From: Candidatus Sumerlaeia bacterium
Lineage (GTDB): Bacteria; Sumerlaeota; Sumerlaeia; SLMS01
Direction: 5' to 3'
Length of the DNA: 31,428 nt
Assembly (NCBI GenBank): GCA_038208905.1
Contig: JBBQYG010000030.1
Coordinates: 1 to 31,428 of the forward strand
Shown here: positions 8,538 to 15,032 of the stretch, piece by piece
How positions within the stretch are numbered: position 1 is the first letter of the stretch
Layout: each line of letters starts with the position of its first letter
Notes under the pieces: generated by a model
What the model saw: only the letters and a program-made list of their open reading frames with translations
What the model was told of the DNA's origin: nothing
The model's database searches: none
Translations under genes and position numbers: made by a program

Positions 8538-8762
8538 CGGAGAGGAGCTTGGGCGATTCTGTTCCCGCCGCCCCCGTCCGCGCCACCGTTTTCCTCTCCC
8601 TTCCCCCCCCAAATGGTACTGCCCGCCGCCCTGCGTTCCACATTTGTGGGGTCTGCGCTAATTGGTGATTGACTTGCCGAAATTCCACTCCAACTGTCCC
8701 GGGCTAGTTGTCCGTGCATCCACTCAAGCGGGGGCGCGTTGGCCCCCAGGGATACCAAATCG

Positions 8763-9227
8763 ATGCTGAAAGTGAATACTCGTCTGGATCGTAGTCCGAT
8801 TCAGGGGATGGGGCTGTACGCCGCCGAGTTCATCCCGAAGGGCACCGTGGTGTGGGAGTTCGCTTCCGAGATCGACACGGTGTATCACCACGCTAAGCTC
8901 CGGTCGCTCTGCGACCAGAACCTGCGCACGTTCCTGTTCATCTACACCTACTACTCGCGGGGCCTGGGCGGCTATGTGCTGTGCGGCGACCACGCGCGGT
9001 TCGTGAACCACAACGAGGAAGCCAACCTCTACTGCGACGATAGGGAGCGCTGCATCGCGGCGCGCGACATCGCCGAGGGCGAGGAGATCACCGACAACTA
9101 CTTCCTCTACGATCATCCCGAGGGGGAGGAGTACATCCCCGAGGCATACGCCTTCGAGGCGGGCATGCGCACCACCGCCACGGCGGGCTCGGGAGCATCC
9201 TCGAACGGGAACGGCTCCACGTACTAG
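8763..9227 (+). CDS. SET-domain protein (putative protein-lysine methyltransferase)
   Basis: 'SPIQGMGLYAAEFIPKGT', 'ARFVNH', 'AARDIAEGEEITDNY'. Confidence 0.92.
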   Translation: MLKVNTRLDRSPIQGMGLYAAEFIPKGTVVWEFASEIDTVYHHAKLRSLCDQNLRTFLFIYTYYSRGLGGYVLCGDHARFVNHNEEANLYCDDRERCIAARDIAEGEEITDNYFLYDHPEGEEYIPEAYAFEAGMRTTATAGSGASSNGNGSTY

Positions 9228-9378
9228 GCCGGCCCGGAAGTTCACCGAATCAACCATCTGGGGGGTAGGGTCGGGGCGCGCGGCGCGCCGGGCCCTTCCC
9301 CCCACTGGCATATCCGGGCGGGGAAGCCTGTCCACCCCGGCGGCCAGTGGCACCTGCGCAACGGGCCCGAAGTCCTAG

Positions 9379-9555
9379 ACGCGCGACACGCTCGTCAACG
9401 GAGCGGGCGGCGCCACCTTCGACGCGGGCGAGGTCTGGACGGTCTCAGTGACGCGGGTGGATTCCCTCGGCGCAGAGGGTTCCACCGTTCAGCAGGGCCG
9501 CTTCCGCATCGAGTCCGACGGGACGGTGGTGTTCGAGGGGTGTAGCATTAACTAG
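9379..9555 (+). pseudogene. Start-less 3' gene fragment of a beta-rich (probably secreted) protein
   Basis: Open frame TRDTLVNGAGGATFDAGEVWTVSVTRVDSLGAEGSTVQQGRFRIESDGTVVFEGCSIN* with mostly G/C-ending codons, preceded by an in-frame TAG at 9376. Confidence 0.5.
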
Positions 9556-9698
9556 AGCGGTTCTCGAAAGTCCTGTCGCGATGGAGGACGCCGTAAAAGA
9601 GTATCGTGGGCATCATGCCCGCGTGTGGGGGCGACGAGGCTCGGGCGAGACGCCCAAGCTACGTTGGAATACGACAGGACTTTCGAGAGTCACTCTAG
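9552..9698. mobile_element. MITE, 147 bp, with 27-bp terminal inverted repeats ending in CTAG; contains a REP doublet
   Basis: Left ctagagcggttctcgaaagtcctgtcg; reverse complement of right ctagagtgactctcgaaagtcctgtcg (24/27 identical). Confidence 0.85.
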
Positions 9699-9791
9699 CG
9701 CGCGGCATTCGCCATTGCCGACTGGCGGGGCGTTCGTTTGGGATGGCGGCACGCGCGGCCGTTCTGGCGCAATCCCCGGCGGAAGCGGCTG

Positions 9792-10718
9792 ATGCATCCC
9801 ATTCTGTTTCAGGTGACGGACGGCTTTTTCATCGGGACCTATGGTCTGGCGATCGCGCTGGGCCTGCTCGTCGCCAGCGCGCTGGCGGCGTGGCGCGGCA
9901 AGGCGCGCGGTGTTCCGCCGGAGGCATTCTACGACCTCACGTTCATCGCCGTGATTTCGGGATTTCTTGGCGCGCGGGTGCTGTTCATCATCACGAATTT
10001 CGGGGAGTTCCTCTCCGACCCGGTTCCGTACCTCCTCTCGCGGACGGGCTTTGTGTTCCTGGGCGGCCTGATGGCGGCGGCGGCGTGTTGCTCGTGGTAT
10101 GTGATCCGGCGTCGGCTCGACTTCTGGACCATCGCCGATGTGATGGCGCCGTCGATCGCGGTGGGGCACGCCTTTGGGCGCATCGGGTGCCACCTTTCGG
10201 GATGCTGCTATGGCGGGGTCTGCGAATCGCCGCTGGGCGTGCGCGTGCCGCGCGTGTTGATGCCGATGGGAGAGCTCTGGCCCAACGCCTATGGCGACCA
10301 ATTGGCGGAGGGCGTGCTCCCTCCCGACGCCCTGTGGTCGCTGCCGGTGTGGCCGGTGCAGTTGATGGAATCCACCTCGCTGGCGGTGCTGGCGAGCGTG
10401 CTGCTGTTGATCGCGACGCGGAGCCACCGCAAGGGAACGATTTTCGGCGCCTACCTGGCGGGATACGCGGTGTTGCGGTTTGGGCTCGAGATGCTGCGCG
10501 GAGACGAACTGCGCGGCGTCTATTTCGGATTCCTCAGCACGTCCCAGATTCTTTCCATCGCGCTGCTGGGCACGGGGATCGTGATCCTCGCCACGGCGAA
10601 GCGACGCCCGCCCGGGATCATGCCGGGCACGGTTCCGCCGCCCCCCGCGGAGCCGACGGCGGATGATTCCGTCAAGTCGCGGGCCGCCGTGCGGTCGCGT
10701 TCGCGCGGCGGAAGGTAG
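9792..10718 (+). CDS. lgt: Prolipoprotein diacylglyceryl transferase
   Basis: 'MHPILF...YG', 'GARVLF', 'GFVFLGG', 'GRIGC...GCCYG', 'PVQLME', 'RFGLEMLRGD', 'STSQ'. Confidence 0.96.
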   Translation: MHPILFQVTDGFFIGTYGLAIALGLLVASALAAWRGKARGVPPEAFYDLTFIAVISGFLGARVLFIITNFGEFLSDPVPYLLSRTGFVFLGGLMAAAACCSWYVIRRRLDFWTIADVMAPSIAVGHAFGRIGCHLSGCCYGGVCESPLGVRVPRVLMPMGELWPNAYGDQLAEGVLPPDALWSLPVWPVQLMESTSLAVLASVLLLIATRSHRKGTIFGAYLAGYAVLRFGLEMLRGDELRGVYFGFLSTSQILSIALLGTGIVILATAKRRPPGIMPGTVPPPPAEPTADDSVKSRAAVRSRSRGGR

Positions 10719-10724
10719 CGGCCC

Positions 10725-11675
10725 ATGTCGTTTGGCGGACGTATTGGCATCATTGGCGCCGGGGCGCTGGGGGCGCTCTATGGCGCGCGCATCGCCCGCG
10801 CGGGCCACGACGTGCACTTCCTGCTGCGCGGCGACTACGAGGCGGTGCAGCGCGATGGCCTGAAGGTCTTCTCTCCACAGGGCGATTTCGAACTGCGCCC
10901 GCCTGTCTATCCGTCACCCGGGGCGATGGGCCGGTGCGATCTGTTGATCGTCGGGATGAAGGCGACCGACATCGCGGCGCTGGCACCGATCCTGGCGCAC
11001 ACCACCCATGCGGAGACGGTGGTGCTCACGCTGCAGAACGGCCTCGGCAACGAGGAAGCCATCGCGGCGATGCTGGATGCGCTGTATTCCGGCGGCACCG
11101 GGCGCGGGCGCGTGATCGGCGGCGTGGCGTTCCTGTGCAGCAACCGCACGGCCCCCGGCGTGATCCATCACATGTCCTATGGCCGCGTCCGCATGGCGGA
11201 GCTTGCGGGCCCCGCGCTCGACCGCACCCGCGCCATCGCCCAGCTTTTTCTCGACGCGGAGTTCGGCTGCGAGGTGTCGGACTCCCTGGCGACGATCCGG
11301 TGGGAAAAACTCGTGTGGAACATCCCCTTCAACGGCCTTGGCGTGGCGGCACATCACGCCGATTCGCAGGTGTGCGTCACCGACGACGAACTGCTCCGCG
11401 TGTCGCGGGGCCTGATGGAGGAAGTGGTTGCCGCCGCCCGCGCCGCCGATGGCGTGGAGATCGCGCCAGCCTTCATCGACCTGATGATGAAATACACGCT
11501 CGACATGGGGCCGTATCGCAGCTCCATGCAGCTCGACCACGAGGCGGGACGCCCGCTGGAGGTGGAGGCGATCCTCGGCGAACCAGTCCGCCGCGCCCGC
11601 GCCGCGGGAATCGCGGTGCCGCGCATGGAAATGCTTTATGCGATCGTGCGGCGCGTGGATGCGGTGCGGGAATAG
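10725..11675 (+). CDS. panE: 2-dehydropantoate 2-reductase (ketopantoate reductase family)
   Basis: 'GAGALG' Rossmann motif, 'TLQNGLGNEE', 'WEKLVWN', 'SSMQLD...GRPLEVEAILG'. Confidence 0.92.
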   Translation: MSFGGRIGIIGAGALGALYGARIARAGHDVHFLLRGDYEAVQRDGLKVFSPQGDFELRPPVYPSPGAMGRCDLLIVGMKATDIAALAPILAHTTHAETVVLTLQNGLGNEEAIAAMLDALYSGGTGRGRVIGGVAFLCSNRTAPGVIHHMSYGRVRMAELAGPALDRTRAIAQLFLDAEFGCEVSDSLATIRWEKLVWNIPFNGLGVAAHHADSQVCVTDDELLRVSRGLMEEVVAAARAADGVEIAPAFIDLMMKYTLDMGPYRSSMQLDHEAGRPLEVEAILGEPVRRARAAGIAVPRMEMLYAIVRRVDAVRE

Positions 11676-11719
11676 GCCGCTGGCGTGTGTGGCTTTCTGA
11701 TTTTTCGGGCGGCCCGATG

Positions 11720-11795
11720 GGTGGACGAAATTGACCTGGTTGACGATATCGACCCCATTGTGTCAATCACGTCGATTTGGTCCATTCAGGTGCCC
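11720..11795. repeat. Inverted array of 9-bp-period GAC/GTC repeats between convergent genes
   Basis: gtggacgaaattgacctggttgacgatatcgac ... gtcaatcacgtcgatttggtccat; GAC every 9 nt, then GTC every 9 nt. Confidence 0.6.
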
Positions 11796-11819
11796 GGTAA
11801 ACCGGATCTTCAGAATGCC

Positions 11820-13061
11820 TCAACGAATCCACACGCCGCTGACGCGGTGCTTCGCCTCGTACTGGCGCTTCATCGGGACCCATGCCAGATACGCAACCAG
11901 GGCGAATGCGCCGCCGATGCCGTAGGTCACGCGCAGCGCCATGGCGTCGGTCATGCCGATCGCGGGGCTCTCCAGAACAGCGAGGAGCCCCCAGATCGCG
12001 AGGTTGCCGATGAGGCCGCTCAGCACGGAGAACACGATGCCAAAGAGCGACTGTGCGCTGGACTTGAGCGAGGGCGGCGACTCCCGGTGGATGAACAGGA
12101 CACCGCACAGATACGCCAGGCCAAACGTGATCATGTGCAGCGCGTTGGACGCCAGAACCACCCATGGCACCGGCCAGAGCGAAATCATCGCACACCGAAC
12201 GGCCATCGCCACGGGAATTGTCGCCAGAAGCGCCATCAGCCTGACGCGGGCCAGAATCGCGTTGCCATAGAAGAACACCACCGTCTCCGCCAATGCCGCG
12301 AAGGAAAAGCACGCCATGATGAACAGGCTGGTGGAGCCGGCATCGCTCAGCAGCTTTGCCTGCAGGATATGAAACGGCTGGGCAACGGTGTGCACGATCA
12401 GGCTGAAGACCAAAAACCAAACCATCGTCGGGTTGCGCAGCAACAGCCCCTGCGCCGCGCGAAAGGAGAGCGGCCCCACCCCCGTGCGGCGGGCGCGCTC
12501 CCGCGGGGCGTGATCCTTCAGCATCAGGATCGTCGCGACGAAGAACAGCTCGAAGAAAACCAGGATCGGCCACATCACCGTCACGGTCAGCGCCGGGTGA
12601 TCCGCAAGCCGCCCGATCACCACCGTCAGAATCGCGAATCCAATCGAGCCCACCAGGCGGATGCGGCCAAACAATTCCTCGCCGCGGCGGCTCTCCAGCG
12701 CCAGCGCGTTCAGCAGGCTGATGCGCGGCCCCATGAAGACGGAGAGCGCCGCGACGCCGAGCGCCAGCAACGGCAGCGTGGGAGGGATCAGGGGAAAGAG
12801 GGCTTGCACCACACTGGCCGCGAGCGCCATTCCCACCATCATCGTGGTGCGGCGCAGTCGGCTATCGGCCAGCCAACCCGCGATCTGGCCCGCGATCAGG
12901 GACATGACCGCCTGAAGCGCGAGCAACAGGGCAATGACGCCCGAGGAAAGGCCGAGGTTGCCCAGATACACCGGCAACAACGGCATCAGCGCCGCCACCA
13001 GCGCAAACTGACTCACCATCCCCGCCGCCAACCGCGCCGGCGAGTTGGCCAACGGTTCCAC
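11820..13061 (-). CDS. MFS transporter (MFS_1_like / nucleoside-symporter-like)
   Basis: About 12 TM helices; 'GWLADSRLRR' motif A; 'FGRIRLVGSIGF'; 'LHMITFG'; start uncertain (GTG 13061 or ATG ~13019). Confidence 0.88.
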   Translation of the reverse strand: MEPLANSPARLAAGMVSQFALVAALMPLLPVYLGNLGLSSGVIALLLALQAVMSLIAGQIAGWLADSRLRRTTMMVGMALAASVVQALFPLIPPTLPLLALGVAALSVFMGPRISLLNALALESRRGEELFGRIRLVGSIGFAILTVVIGRLADHPALTVTVMWPILVFFELFFVATILMLKDHAPRERARRTGVGPLSFRAAQGLLLRNPTMVWFLVFSLIVHTVAQPFHILQAKLLSDAGSTSLFIMACFSFAALAETVVFFYGNAILARVRLMALLATIPVAMAVRCAMISLWPVPWVVLASNALHMITFGLAYLCGVLFIHRESPPSLKSSAQSLFGIVFSVLSGLIGNLAIWGLLAVLESPAIGMTDAMALRVTYGIGGAFALVAYLAWVPMKRQYEAKHRVSGVWIR

Positions 13062-13111
13062 ACCGCCAACCGGCTCCCTTGATTCCACCGGAAGAGAATC
13101 CCCAAGCGACG

Positions 13112-14137
13112 ATGAAGAAGCAGAAGCCAAAGACACCCTCGGAGTACCACGGCATCCTCCTCGTGGACAAACCCGAGGGGATTACCTCCCACGATGTCGT
13201 GGACCGCGTGCGCCGCATTTTCGGCACGCGGGCCGTGGGGCATACCGGCACTCTCGACCCGCAGGCGACTGGATTGCTTGTCCTGCTCCTTGGCGAGGCA
13301 ACCAAGATTTCCGAGTACCTCATGGGCGTCGACAAGTCCTACGAGGGCACCGTCAAGTTCGGCATCGTGTCCGACAGCTACGACATGGATGGCGACGTGC
13401 TCCCCGGCCCCGGCGGCGCGATCCCCACGGATCTGGCCGCGCTTCAGGAGATGGCCAACGCCTTCGTGGGGGAAATCTCCCAGATGCCGCCGCCGTTCTC
13501 CGCGCGCAAGGTGGGCGGGAAAAAGCTCTATGAATATGCCCGCAGCGGCGAGACACCGCCGCAGGTCGAAGCCCGCGTCGTGAAGGTGGGCGCGTTCGAG
13601 TTGCTCACGCTTGAGGGCGACCAGTGCGAGTTCGGCGTCGATTGCGGATCGGGAACCTACGTGCGTTCGCTGGCCCACGAGCTGGGCCAGAAGGCCGGCT
13701 GCGGCGGCGTGCTGTCCGAACTTCGCCGCACCGATGTGGGCGCCTTCGGCATCGAGGACGCCCGCACGCTCGAACAATTGGAGGCTCTGACCACGGCGGC
13801 GGAGCGCCGTGCCTGCCTGCTGCCGATTCGCCGCGCGCTGCCACACCTTCCCGCGGTGTTTCTGCTGGGCGGGGCGGAGCGGTGGCTGCGCAACGGCCAG
13901 GCCATCCCCAGCAGCATGGTCCACGCGGAGGACGACCGCCCCGCGCGCCGCGGGGTGCCCACGGTGCTCTGCCGCATCAACGGAGAGGCCATCGCCATTG
14001 CCAAGGCCGAGCCCGCGCCTCCCTCACCCCCGCCCCGCGCCATGGCCGGCGCGCCGGGGCCGTGGTTCCTCCCCGTCAAGCTCTTCGAGATCCCCGAAAC
14101 CCGCCCCCGCGAGGAAGAGCCCGAGGCCGACGAGTGA
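13112..14137 (+). CDS. truB: tRNA pseudouridine(55) synthase
   Basis: 'VDKPEGITSHDVV', 'GHTGTLDPQATGLL', 'QMPPPFSARKVGGKKLYEYAR', 'CGSGTYVRSL'. Confidence 0.97.
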   Translation: MKKQKPKTPSEYHGILLVDKPEGITSHDVVDRVRRIFGTRAVGHTGTLDPQATGLLVLLLGEATKISEYLMGVDKSYEGTVKFGIVSDSYDMDGDVLPGPGGAIPTDLAALQEMANAFVGEISQMPPPFSARKVGGKKLYEYARSGETPPQVEARVVKVGAFELLTLEGDQCEFGVDCGSGTYVRSLAHELGQKAGCGGVLSELRRTDVGAFGIEDARTLEQLEALTTAAERRACLLPIRRALPHLPAVFLLGGAERWLRNGQAIPSSMVHAEDDRPARRGVPTVLCRINGEAIAIAKAEPAPPSPPPRAMAGAPGPWFLPVKLFEIPETRPREEEPEADE

Positions 14138-14319
14138 CCGTCCGATTCGTCCACTGCGAATTCTGCCAACGGCTCGGCGATTTCCAGACGATGAACATGT
14201 GCCCCCTCTGCCGCAAGGTCATCTGCCGCGCCTGCAAGCACGATGGCGTGCTGCAATCCGGGCGCTGCGCCAAGCGGGTGGCATGCGAGGGGAAGGAAGG
14301 CGCGCCGGGCCAGAAGTAG
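14134..14319 (+). CDS. Small Cys-rich putative zinc-finger protein (61 aa)
   Basis: GTG overlaps the truB stop (GTGA); MTVRFVHCEFCQRLGDFQTMNMCPLCRKVICRACKHDGVLQSGRCAKRVACEGKEGAPGQK has three CxxC plus two more Cys. Confidence 0.75.
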   Translation: MTVRFVHCEFCQRLGDFQTMNMCPLCRKVICRACKHDGVLQSGRCAKRVACEGKEGAPGQK

Positions 14320-14350
14320 GGTGGCCGCCGTGGGCGTCACCGCCCGCGCC
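14319..14350. repeat. REP-like element (GGTGG..GTGGGCGTC..CGCCCGCGCC family) between convergent genes
   Basis: gggtggccgccgtgggcgtcaccgcccgcgcc resembles the reverse complement of 21801-21827. Confidence 0.6.
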
Positions 14351-14366
14351 GCCTTGAGTCTCCCTC

Positions 14367-14939
14367 TCAGGCCGACACGGGCTCCGGCTCGATGGCGCCG
14401 TGGATCAGGTCGGCGGCCTGCTGTTCCAGCGAGCCCTTCATCGACACGAAGTCGGCGGAGTCCAGCGCGAGGTCGGCGATCACGAAGGATTCGCCGAGCT
14501 TGGGGTGCAGGAACGCGAGGCGCTTCTCCGGCGTGCGGCCTGTATAGACAAGGACGCGGTACTTCATCAACAGGTGGGCGAGAAGGAAAAGCTGGGGCGC
14601 CAGGTCGGCGGATTCCTCGGAGGTTTCCTCCGTGGAGTACAGCGCGGCGAAGAGCCGCCACAGCGCCTCGTTGCGCTCGGACTTTTGCAGGCGGCGCTGC
14701 TCGGGAGAGAGCGCGGCGGCGCGCTTGGTCACCCAGAAGGAAAAGTACTGCTCCTCTCCAAGCCGCGACCAGCACGTGGGACAGAAGTCCTTGCGGACGA
14801 CTTCTTCCTTCTCCGTGAGCTGGATCAGCGACGGATGCTTGCCCGCCACGTTCAGTGGACCCGAGCACAGCAGGCACGTGTTTCCCGGCCTGGCGACCGC
14901 CAGGTAGTTGTCGCGCTCCGTCGCCAGCTTTGCCGCCAT
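14367..14939 (-). CDS. Hypothetical protein with an N-terminal Zn-binding motif
   Basis: 190-aa ORF; 'CLLC...RKDFCPTCW...FSFW', then helical 'LFLLAHLLMKYRVL'; GGGGAG RBS upstream. Confidence 0.8.
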   Translation of the reverse strand: MAAKLATERDNYLAVARPGNTCLLCSGPLNVAGKHPSLIQLTEKEEVVRKDFCPTCWSRLGEEQYFSFWVTKRAAALSPEQRRLQKSERNEALWRLFAALYSTEETSEESADLAPQLFLLAHLLMKYRVLVYTGRTPEKRLAFLHPKLGESFVIADLALDSADFVSMKGSLEQQAADLIHGAIEPEPVSA

Positions 14940-15032
14940 CGGTGAACTCCCCGGGAATTGCCGCCGATGGAGAGCACATGCCGGCGCCCCGTTGGTGGCA
15001 AGTGAATTGGGGGAAGCTGGGGAAAGCGCCTG

